Part shown: positions 1 to 7,212 of the stretch, in pieces | Position numbering within the stretch: the stretch's first letter is position 1 | How the letters are laid out: every line of letters starts with the position of its first letter | Virus record (IMG/VR): IMGVR_UViG_3300042483_000521 | DNA: 64,000 bases | Source: an uncultured virus (IMG/VR IMGVR_UViG_3300042483_000521) | Lineage: Duplodnaviria; Heunggongvirae; Uroviricota; Caudoviricetes | Reading direction: 5' to 3' (one strand) | Made by a program: the position numbers and the translations under genes | Notes under the pieces: generated by a model | What the model was told of the DNA's origin: nothing | What the model saw: the letters and a program-made list of their open reading frames with translations, nothing else | The model's database searches: none

Positions 1-631
1 CACCAAAAACTGCTCTAAAGCTATCTCCAACACTAAAACCATTAGCAGGTACAGTTAGTGTACCAACTCCTGTGCCAATAAGTGTTGATTCAGTTGTTGT
101 ATTGGTAACAATAACACTATTAGCTGTTTGAGAATATAGTCCATATACCACTGGTAATGGAAGTACAGGAGAAGTTCCAGAAGATCCACTAGTTCCAGTT
201 GAACCTGAAGTACCAGATGTGCCACTTGATCCATCTCCACCAGCTGCTCCATCTAAGTTAACAGTCCATGAAGAATATGTTCCACTTCCTGTAACAGTAA
301 CAGGAGGACCTATCACCATTACACCAGTGTTGATGTCATAGCTTACAACAGTACAAGTTTGGTGGTTACCAACATTGTATGTTATAATAATATCTTGAGC
401 AGGCGTATAAGCTAATCCAGGTTCAACAACAATTGTTGTGCTTACACCTAACGTAAACGTTGTGGTGGAGGTAGTTCTAAATCTATCACCATCATACCCA
501 GAGGTGCCAGATGTTCCACTTGTACCAGAGATGGTACATAGTTGACAAGAAGCTTGATCTAACTGCTTGGATATTTGCCAAAGCAGGTTAGATTCTTGAC
601 TCCAACCAATTTGTCTATTAGGTATGCTCAT
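1..631 (-). CDS. Ser/Gly/Thr-repeat structural (fibre-like) protein, 3' end runs off the window
   Basis: Not in the ORF track. My manual translation from ATG 631 is open to the window edge: MSIPNRQIGWSQESNLLWQISKQLDQASCQLCTISGTSGTSGTSGYDGDRFRTTSTTT...GSSGTSGTSGSTGTSGSSGTSPVLP...SFRAVFG. The start overlaps the upstream stop (ATGA). Confidence 0.8.
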   Translation of the reverse strand, partial: MSIPNRQIGWSQESNLLWQISKQLDQASCQLCTISGTSGTSGTSGYDGDRFRTTSTTTFTLGVSTTIVVEPGLAYTPAQDIIITYNVGNHQTCTVVSYDINTGVMVIGPPVTVTGSGTYSSWTVNLDGAAGGDGSSGTSGTSGSTGTSGSSGTSPVLPLPVVYGLYSQTANSVIVTNTTTESTLIGTGVGTLTVPANGFSVGDSFRAVFG

Positions 632-756
632 CGTCCTTGTCCTCTATACTTACTGACCTTCTTACCCTTTGGGGTATTCATGTTTCTAGCTTTACCAAAT
701 CTCCTTTTTCCAAAAGAGATTTTTCTAGATTCAGCTGCAACTTTTGCTTTAGCCAT
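628..756 (-). CDS. 42-aa highly basic protein (possible nucleic-acid-binding or virion core peptide)
   Basis: Manual translation MAKAKVAAESRKISFGKRRFGKARNMNTPKGKKVSKYRGQGR*. It fills the gap between genes and is coupled to the next gene by ATGA. Function is inference. Confidence 0.75.
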   Translation of the reverse strand: MAKAKVAAESRKISFGKRRFGKARNMNTPKGKKVSKYRGQGR

Positions 757-778
757 AACTCATTCATTTTCAATAGTG

Positions 779-808
779 TGAATTTATAAATAATTATTTA
801 TTATTCAA
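779..808 (-). promoter_or_regulatory. Putative Bacteroidota-type promoter
   Basis: Minus strand TTG-N19-TAAATTCA upstream of the 42-aa gene; a variant of the TTTG/TAnnTTTG consensus. Confidence 0.4.
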
Positions 809-1052
809 CACCATCATTATTTTTAGTCTTATTAATCCATTTATCTACAGAAGCAATTCCAAAAGAGCTTATTGTAATGACCATAAATCCATCAAAAATA
901 AACTCATGAATAGGAAGCTCTCTTCCCAATACACCTGATATAACATCTGTAAGTAGAACAACAATCATCATTAGAAAAGCAATGAATCCAACCACAGCCT
1001 TCTCATTGATGCTGTTCTGGTCATTGAATAAATCCTTAATGAACTGTTTCAT
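801..1052 (-). CDS. Putative holin / small two-TM membrane protein
   Basis: 83 aa with two hydrophobic segments and a charged C-terminus. It overlaps the stop of the M15 peptidase gene. Confidence 0.55.
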   Translation of the reverse strand: MKQFIKDLFNDQNSINEKAVVGFIAFLMMIVVLLTDVISGVLGRELPIHEFIFDGFMVITISSFGIASVDKWINKTKNNDGVE

Positions 1053-1513
1053 GTGATTACTTTATAAGATGTTTTACCATTCACTCTAACAGCTTTTAAC
1101 TTTTGCTTTCTGTTAGCTCCTTTAGCGTAGCTGACATGAACCCAATCAGGATTAAAATCTGTTCCAAACTCCCAAATCAATTGATCAAAATCAACTTTCT
1201 CTTTAATGAAATCAAATACCATTCTATTAGTCACGTCTCCATTGCCCCCATCCATGTCGATATCAATTGCTTGACCCTTACAATGTTGGCTTGACGAACT
1301 TCCCTTAATGAAATCATTCAGCTCTTTGCTTCTGTACGCACTCGAGATAAAAATAGGAGTATTGAAATGCTCACGAATTGGTTCAAATACTTTTTCTGCT
1401 AACAGTCTAAAGTTTTCTAAATGTTCTGCTGTGGGTGTATTATCAATACCCTGACGTTTGGCAGTATCGCTTCTAGTTATTTCTGCTAGTCTTAGATGTT
1501 TTGAAATCTGCAT
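1049..1513 (-). CDS. Peptidase M15-family endolysin (Zn peptidase)
   Basis: Motifs ISSAYRS, SQHCKGQAIDID (SxHxxGxAxD) and WVHVSY are typical of M15_3 peptidases. Flanked by membrane-protein genes. Confidence 0.85.
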   Translation of the reverse strand: MQISKHLRLAEITRSDTAKRQGIDNTPTAEHLENFRLLAEKVFEPIREHFNTPIFISSAYRSKELNDFIKGSSSSQHCKGQAIDIDMDGGNGDVTNRMVFDFIKEKVDFDQLIWEFGTDFNPDWVHVSYAKGANRKQKLKAVRVNGKTSYKVIT

Positions 1514-1519
1514 AACCTA

Positions 1520-1840
1520 TTAAGCTAAACTTGTATATATTTTAGTGATGTATTCTAGAAGTAGTAATGCTCCAATGATGATACCGCCTGTCCATGTGAT
1601 TCTTTTTCTGAATTCATCTTGCTTCTCAATCTTCTTCTCCATCAATGTCACTTTCTCTTCTAACATTTCTATCTTGTCCACAAATCCACCAGACTTTGTT
1701 AGAGGATTGCCTAGAATTGCATCCACCACTTGTGTAAGTTTCCCATCAATAGAAGACATCTTCTCCTCTAGGTCATAGAGACGCTGATCCATACTCTTTA
1801 ATTCGTTGTTAATTTGCTGCTGATACAAGTCAGTTGCCAT
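1520..1840 (-). CDS. Coiled-coil protein with C-terminal TM helix (lysis-associated, holin/antiholin-like)
   Basis: Heptad-like N-terminal region followed by hydrophobic WTGGIIIGALLLL. Directly upstream of the endolysin. Confidence 0.5.
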   Translation of the reverse strand: MATDLYQQQINNELKSMDQRLYDLEEKMSSIDGKLTQVVDAILGNPLTKSGGFVDKIEMLEEKVTLMEKKIEKQDEFRKRITWTGGIIIGALLLLEYITKIYTSLA

Positions 1841-1861
1841 GCTAGATTCATTTACAATGGT

Positions 1862-1898
1862 TCAAAACAACAAAGCACACCCCCTAATGAGGTGTGCT
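1862..1898 (-). terminator. Intrinsic terminator/attenuator upstream of lysis genes
   Basis: Stem AGCACACC (1874-1881) / GGTGTGCT (1891-1898), followed on the minus strand by TTGTTGTTTTG. Confidence 0.6.
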
Positions 1899-1944
1899 AT
1901 GGAGTTTTTGTTGGACGTTTTTATTCAATTCTGGCGAATAGTAG

Positions 1945-1976
1945 TAAATTTATAACATGTATTGATAACTACCAAA
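1945..1976 (-). promoter_or_regulatory. Putative Bacteroidota-type promoter, overlapping a divergent plus-strand candidate
   Basis: Minus strand TTTG-N20-TAAATTTA. Plus strand TTG(1962)-N18-TATATTTA(1983-1990) points to the glycosyltransferase gene. Confidence 0.5.
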
Positions 1977-2013
1977 AGTTCATATATTTAATTCGCAAAA
2001 AACCAATATCTAA

Positions 2014-4134
2014 GTGATTAATATAGACAAAAACAAAGAGGATAAATTTAGAATACTGTATCTAGCTCCACATTTATCAACAGGTGGTATGCCATCAGTT
2101 CTTCTAAAGAGAATACAGGCTCTAGAAGGATTTGATATAGAGATTATTGTTGTTGAGTATTCTAACCACAGCAATGAATATGTTGTGCAGAAGAATGAAA
2201 TCAAAAAACTTGTCCACAAGATGTACACACTTGTGGATAACAAGATGGAATTGATGGACATCATCAAGAGACACAATGTAGATCTTGTCCATATAGAAGA
2301 GATGGTGGAGGATAGTGTCAACAACTTTCCTATTGATCTATTGAATGATCTCTATGACAACAACAGGACATGGAGAATTGTAGAGACTTGTCACAATGTT
2401 TATTTCAAACCTGACATAGAGAAGAAGTATCATCCTGATGCTTACGTATTCTGCACACCATATCATCTAGAGACATTTAAGAATATGCCCTCTAGAAAAT
2501 TTGTTCTTGAGTATCCAATAGAGAATAAAATTCCATCAAAAGGAGAAAAGCTTTATGAAAAGGTGAAGCTTGGTATGAATCCATTAAAAACAAATGTTCT
2601 CAATGTAGGACTATGGACACCAGGAAAGAATCAAGCAGAAGGCGTAGAAATAGCTAGACAACTTCCTCAGATGGAGTTTCACTTTGTAGGAAACCAAGCT
2701 ATCAACTTCAAAGACTATTGGGAACCATTAATGCAAGATCTTCCAGACAATGTTCATGTATGGGGAGAGCGTAGTGATGTAGACAAGTTCATGACAGCCT
2801 GTGACATATTCATGTTTAATTCTACATGGGAATGCAATCCATTGGTTGTTCGTCAAGCAGCTAGTCATGGATTGCCCATCCTTGCAAGAAACCTTCCACA
2901 GTATGTAGGAATGTTTGATGGTTACATTACACCTCTGAAAGAAGATGATGTATTGGAGCAGCTTCTATCAATCAACGCACCAAGCAAAAGACCACTCAGT
3001 GAAGCACTATTCAATTTCAAAGTGGCTCAGATGTACATTTACAACACTGTGCTCACTAATGAAATCATGCTTCAGAAGATTGATATTGATATAAACTTTG
3101 TAGGTGGACCATTCTTTGAAATCACTGGCAGATCAAATAAAAACTATCTGGTAAAATTCTACGATGAAGATGATGTATGTGTCTATGAAAACACCATTAG
3201 ATCAAACAATTGGATAAGACTTAACAGAAAATGGTTTACTGCTTGGAGAATAAAAATGTGGGAGAATGATGTATTGATTTATGAATACAATCTAGATTAT
3301 ACTGATCAACGTGTCTACATATCACTAGAGAGCTCTTCATTAGGAGATTCTATAGCTTGGATGCCATACGCACTTGAGTTCAAGAAGAAACACAACTGCC
3401 ATGTTATTGTCAGCACGTTCAAGAACTTTCTTTTCCAGGATGTGTATCCAGAGCTTGAGTTTGTAGAGCCAGGAACAATTGTTAATAACATCAAAGGAAT
3501 GTATAATATTGGATGGTTCTACGACAGCAATAGAGAACCTGTACTTCCTAACACTATTCCTCTACAGAAGACAGCTACAAATATATTAGGACTAGACTAT
3601 GTGGAGATTAAGCCAAGACTAGCCTATACGCCTCGTGATGTATTTGATGGTAACATTGTTACAATAGCTACTAACTCTACAGCTGGTTGTAAGTTCTGGA
3701 CACGAGAAGCTTGGCAGGAGTTGATACATCATCTACACAATGAAGGATGTAGAGTGATTAATATATCTAAAGAAGACAATCCATTTGACAATTGTGAACC
3801 ACTAGAAGATAAGTCATTGCAGAGTGCAATGGATGCTATAAGCTATAGTGAGTTCTTTATAGGACTATCTAGTGGACTAAGCTGGTTAGCTTGGGCTATG
3901 AATAAGCCTGTTGTAATGATTGCAAACTTCACAGAAGAAGGGCATGAGTTTTCATGCATACGTCCCGTTAAGAAGAATGTATGTAATGGTTGTTGGAACA
4001 AGCCTGAATACAAGTTTGATAAAAGCTGGGACTGGTGTCCTGTACATGCTGGAACTGACAGACAATATGAATGTCAGAACAGCATTTTAGCAAATGATGT
4101 AATTAGATTGATTGATGAACACTCACTTATCTAA
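2014..4134 (+). CDS. Bifunctional glycosyltransferase: N-terminal GT4-like domain plus C-terminal AAH/TibC-like (autotransporter O-heptosyltransferase-type) domain
   Basis: N-terminal RILYLAPHLSTGGMP...NVGLWTPGKNQ...CDIFMFNSTWECNPLVVRQAASHGLPI fits GT-B/GT4. C-terminal SSSLGDSIAW, FFIGLSSGLSWLAWA and four Cys (CNGCW...WCP...EC) match the AAH/TibC pattern, including the iron-finger ligands. Confidence 0.8.
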   Translation: MINIDKNKEDKFRILYLAPHLSTGGMPSVLLKRIQALEGFDIEIIVVEYSNHSNEYVVQKNEIKKLVHKMYTLVDNKMELMDIIKRHNVDLVHIEEMVEDSVNNFPIDLLNDLYDNNRTWRIVETCHNVYFKPDIEKKYHPDAYVFCTPYHLETFKNMPSRKFVLEYPIENKIPSKGEKLYEKVKLGMNPLKTNVLNVGLWTPGKNQAEGVEIARQLPQMEFHFVGNQAINFKDYWEPLMQDLPDNVHVWGERSDVDKFMTACDIFMFNSTWECNPLVVRQAASHGLPILARNLPQYVGMFDGYITPLKEDDVLEQLLSINAPSKRPLSEALFNFKVAQMYIYNTVLTNEIMLQKIDIDINFVGGPFFEITGRSNKNYLVKFYDEDDVCVYENTIRSNNWIRLNRKWFTAWRIKMWENDVLIYEYNLDYTDQRVYISLESSSLGDSIAWMPYALEFKKKHNCHVIVSTFKNFLFQDVYPELEFVEPGTIVNNIKGMYNIGWFYDSNREPVLPNTIPLQKTATNILGLDYVEIKPRLAYTPRDVFDGNIVTIATNSTAGCKFWTREAWQELIHHLHNEGCRVINISKEDNPFDNCEPLEDKSLQSAMDAISYSEFFIGLSSGLSWLAWAMNKPVVMIANFTEEGHEFSCIRPVKKNVCNGCWNKPEYKFDKSWDWCPVHAGTDRQYECQNSILANDVIRLIDEHSLI

Positions 4135-4329
4135 ACCATACTTAATCCACTTGTACCAAATTCTCTCGTGAATAAAATACTGTAGAGGTTTCCATAGCAA
4201 TTCTGCTACACTAAATCCTACACCTGCTGATACTGATCCTGTAATAAACCACATTGCAAGAAAACCAATAGCTGTACTGATTATTCTGTAGCTGATAGTT
4301 TTAGCAATGTGTCTTTTATAGCTTACCAT
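4123..4329 (-). CDS. DUF2061-like small membrane protein
   Basis: RHIAKTISYRIIST...YFIHERIW matches the DUF2061 pattern; family often found beside sulfate-activation genes. Confidence 0.7.
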   Translation of the reverse strand: MVSYKRHIAKTISYRIISTAIGFLAMWFITGSVSAGVGFSVAELLWKPLQYFIHERIWYKWIKYGLDK

Positions 4330-4675
4330 CTTTTCGCATTTGTTCTCTGATGCCTGTTGCAGAAATCACTTTAACTTCCTCTGGAGGAAAGTGTTCTATG
4401 ATTTCGTAACCAACACCTCTACCATAGTTTACAGATTCAATATCTGGTATAATTGATATTGTAACTCTACCTTCCTGGATAAGATCTTGGAGTTCATTAG
4501 CTACGTTCAATAGCACTTCATTAGATGTCCAAGGTTGTTTTTCATTTGGTTCTACATCACGAATTGCCACCCACACATTCTTACCAAGATTTAATCGTTG
4601 ATCAATTAACCATCTGTGACCATCATGCCAAGGCTGCCATCTTCCTATGAACATAGAATATTGTTTACTACTCAT
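4316..4675 (-). CDS. HxGH nucleotidyltransferase (cytidylyltransferase-like fold; candidate minimal ATP sulfurylase)
   Basis: MFIGRWQPWHDGH (HxGH) and C-terminal ISATGIR motif. Coupled to the APS kinase gene. The substrate is inference. Confidence 0.7.
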   Translation of the reverse strand: MSSKQYSMFIGRWQPWHDGHRWLIDQRLNLGKNVWVAIRDVEPNEKQPWTSNEVLLNVANELQDLIQEGRVTISIIPDIESVNYGRGVGYEIIEHFPPEEVKVISATGIREQMRKDGKL

Positions 4676-5105
4676 TGGTTTCTAATTTATATATTAATCT
4701 AAATGAAATGGCGTTTATACATTCTTCAATTGAAAGCTTTGATGTGTCTAAGCATAAGACATCTTCTTCGTCAGGAGTATCAAAGTCTTTAACATGAAAG
4801 TTTTCTCTCCCTCTTTCTCCAGAATAGATTAGATACACCCACAGAACATCATTAGTTAAAGAGTTGAGATATTCACGAGCTTCTTTGTATGGATACACTA
4901 ATGATAATACAACAGGCTCCCCTGCACTATTTAGATAATGAGCAATGTCACTTGCTCTATTCAAGTTCTTGATTCTACCCTCTCTGCTGTAATCTTTGTT
5001 GGAAAATAATTCCCTTAGTTTATCTCCATCTATGTTGTGAGCATTAAGCTCAGCTGCTAATGTAGACTTACCACTATGTGGCTGACCAAATAATACTATT
5101 ATCAT
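4668..5105 (-). CDS. cysC: Adenylyl-sulfate (APS) kinase-like protein
   Basis: P-loop GQPHSGKST, IDGDKLR (cf. LDGDNxR), YSREGRIKNLNRA (cf. FSxEDRxEN) and VVLSLVYPY. Shorter than canonical CysC. Confidence 0.75.
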   Translation of the reverse strand: MIIVLFGQPHSGKSTLAAELNAHNIDGDKLRELFSNKDYSREGRIKNLNRASDIAHYLNSAGEPVVLSLVYPYKEAREYLNSLTNDVLWVYLIYSGERGRENFHVKDFDTPDEEDVLCLDTSKLSIEECINAISFRLIYKLETNE

Positions 5106-5923
5106 TTGCTGTATCTGAATTGTTTAAAGAACCACTCATAGTTAGTCCAAATCCAATCTGTAACATCCTTCCCTAGCAATGCCTTAGCTCTTGAAGATAC
5201 AGGCTCTAGTTTTTTACGAATGACATGATCACCAAAAGCACCATAGATTTCATCATCTTCTTTTGTTACCTGCTCTATGTTATCAAAGTCGTGTTGGAAA
5301 TGAGGGATGTCTAAGTATCGATATATCCTCATCATCTCTGTATCAGGATACAAGCAAAGGTCTTCAAACTTAACAAATAAAATCTTCTCTGCAATACCTG
5401 TTCTGAACATCTCACTTAGTCTTTCAATTGCTAATCCAACAGGAGGAGATTGGGCCCAAATATCAATACGTTTTGGGACGGTTGTACCTTGACCTTTAGA
5501 CCAATCCAAAATGTCTGACTGCTTCTCAGGATGCTTTCTGAAGTTATTCTCCATTGAAGCAAAGATATCACGAAGGTCTCTAACCATACAGACTATCTTT
5601 GGCTCACCACCTTGAACAAACTGTAAGAAGTCATAGTGAATGCCCCATCCTCTGCTTTTGTCCACTACATACTTCTTGTCTGTAATAGCATTATAGAATG
5701 CATCTATTCCATTTTTTGCAAATGCTTGCCAACCTTTTTTCATTAGCTCAGCATCCTGTGCTTTAAATTCAGGAGAGTTAGTGTAGTTAGCTCTAGCACC
5801 AAAGACCAGCTCCAACACTCCTGATGTTGGTGTTGCATATATATCAGGGTTTTGAGCTAATATATTTTGCAACAATGTACTTCCGCTTCTAGGTAGGGAA
5901 GATTGATAAAATAATTTTTCCAT
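5102..5923 (-). CDS. PAPS-dependent sulfotransferase
   Basis: 5'-PSB loop SLPRSGSTLL, DKSRGW, 3'-PB motif VRDLRDIFASM and KFEDL. Confidence 0.85.
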   Translation of the reverse strand: MEKLFYQSSLPRSGSTLLQNILAQNPDIYATPTSGVLELVFGARANYTNSPEFKAQDAELMKKGWQAFAKNGIDAFYNAITDKKYVVDKSRGWGIHYDFLQFVQGGEPKIVCMVRDLRDIFASMENNFRKHPEKQSDILDWSKGQGTTVPKRIDIWAQSPPVGLAIERLSEMFRTGIAEKILFVKFEDLCLYPDTEMMRIYRYLDIPHFQHDFDNIEQVTKEDDEIYGAFGDHVIRKKLEPVSSRAKALLGKDVTDWIWTNYEWFFKQFRYSK

Positions 5924-5929
5924 TTGGTT

Positions 5930-6796
5930 TTATTTGAATGATTTAATTATCTGATCTACATCAAATATCTCTAACTCATTATTGTAGGGAAACTCAACAG
6001 GGTCTCCCATCATATTAAATTTTGAGAAGTAGGAATTTCTCAATTCAGGTTTTACTGTATGAGGAAGTGCCTGAATGTTATTGTGAAGTTCATAACCAAA
6101 TACAATAGGACTATGTGCAATCCACAACACTGTAGATGGTAGATGTAAAGCAGCTGCTGCATGCTGAGAGAAACTATCCATAAGTAATCTTTTCTCACTA
6201 AGTAGCATGAGAACAAGAAGATGTCTAAAAGAGTCAAGTACACTGCTTGCTCCTTCATAGGCTATTTGATGTTCTCGTCTCATTTGAACAATGTGATAGT
6301 CATTTGAATATTCAGCTATCACTTTATTAACTACGTTAGCAGGAATGTCTCTAGCCCAAGAGTACTTCTGTTCTTCATTAGCTCCACCATTTGCATGGAT
6401 TAAAAAGATTGGCTTTTCTGAAATATATCCCTTACCTAAAAAATCTTTTTCTCTTTGCGTAAGGAATAGCTCACCATGTTTTTTAACTAATGGTAAGTCA
6501 TACATATTACACCAAGTCTCAATAAGATGCTCTTTTGATTTTATGTGATTTGTTTCTAGGTATGGTTCCTGAGCAAGAATTAGAACTTCTTGGTTCTCAA
6601 TGTATTCCTGATAAAAATAAGCCTGTTGACCAAATGCAAATGCTCTGTCAACATTTTTGTTTCCAAGAAATACTTCAGGGTATCCTGATACAACAATTAG
6701 TTTGTCGTTTGGATACTTCTCCTTTATAGAAGCACAAATAGCGGTACCAGCAATCACCTTGCCAATACCGCCACTTATTTGGAATATGATATTCAT
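5930..6796 (-). CDS. GT9-like glycosyltransferase
   Basis: N-terminal SGGIGKVIAGT and signature DSFSQHAAAALHLPSTVLW. Start moved to ATG 6796 because the track's TTG 6820 lies inside a promoter motif. Confidence 0.75.
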   Translation of the reverse strand: MNIIFQISGGIGKVIAGTAICASIKEKYPNDKLIVVSGYPEVFLGNKNVDRAFAFGQQAYFYQEYIENQEVLILAQEPYLETNHIKSKEHLIETWCNMYDLPLVKKHGELFLTQREKDFLGKGYISEKPIFLIHANGGANEEQKYSWARDIPANVVNKVIAEYSNDYHIVQMRREHQIAYEGASSVLDSFRHLLVLMLLSEKRLLMDSFSQHAAAALHLPSTVLWIAHSPIVFGYELHNNIQALPHTVKPELRNSYFSKFNMMGDPVEFPYNNELEIFDVDQIIKSFK

Positions 6797-6817
6797 TAGA
6801 CTAAATTTTGGTTTTAA

Positions 6818-6849
6818 CAAACCTATAAATAATCTATCAAATAATCAAA
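6818..6849 (-). promoter_or_regulatory. Consensus Bacteroidota sigma70 promoter for the GT9-sulfation operon
   Basis: Minus strand TTTG(6849-6846)-N20-TAGGTTTG(6825-6818), an exact match to the -33/-7 consensus. Confidence 0.7.
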
Positions 6850-6852
6850 TTT

Positions 6853-7200
6853 TTAGAAATTGTTTCCTTCAACGTCAACTGTTTCAACAACAGATGTACC
6901 AAGCTTAGACGCAACTGCTTCTAGTAGCACTGAATCATCTGTTCCCCAAGAAGCTAACTCATCAGCAGTTAGAACTAATTGAGAAGATTGAACACGATTA
7001 AATTTAGCAGGTTGTGGCTGCTCTCCTTCTACAGCAGGAGTGTAAGTTCCAAACTGAATTTCAAAGTTTGTTTGAGAAGCACCTGCTACATAAGGACGTG
7101 CTAAAGCAGTTAAGTAATCTGCTGTAGTAGTTGTTGGTTGAGCAAACGGATTATCTTGAGATACGAAAGTTGCTGCGGGATTAATTTTTGCTAGTAACAT
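6853..7200 (-). CDS. Hypothetical protein, probably fibre-associated
   Basis: 115-aa ORF directly downstream of the large fibre gene; no catalytic motif recognised. Confidence 0.55.
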   Translation of the reverse strand: MLLAKINPAATFVSQDNPFAQPTTTTADYLTALARPYVAGASQTNFEIQFGTYTPAVEGEQPQPAKFNRVQSSQLVLTADELASWGTDDSVLLEAVASKLGTSVVETVDVEGNNF

Positions 7201-7212
7201 GATTTTTATTAT

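Noticed and set aside
4316..5923. Sulfur genes as an assimilatory sulfate-reduction auxiliary pathway or DNA phosphorothioation system
   Set aside because: No PAPS reductase, sulfite reductase or dnd/ssp-like genes are present; linkage to a sulfotransferase and GTs points to sulfate transfer.
2014..6796. Cassette as host LPS-locus contamination or chimeric assembly
   Set aside because: It is flanked on both sides by phage structural/lysis genes and shares the promoter and AAACCAA leader motifs seen elsewhere in the window; read-level confirmation was not possible.
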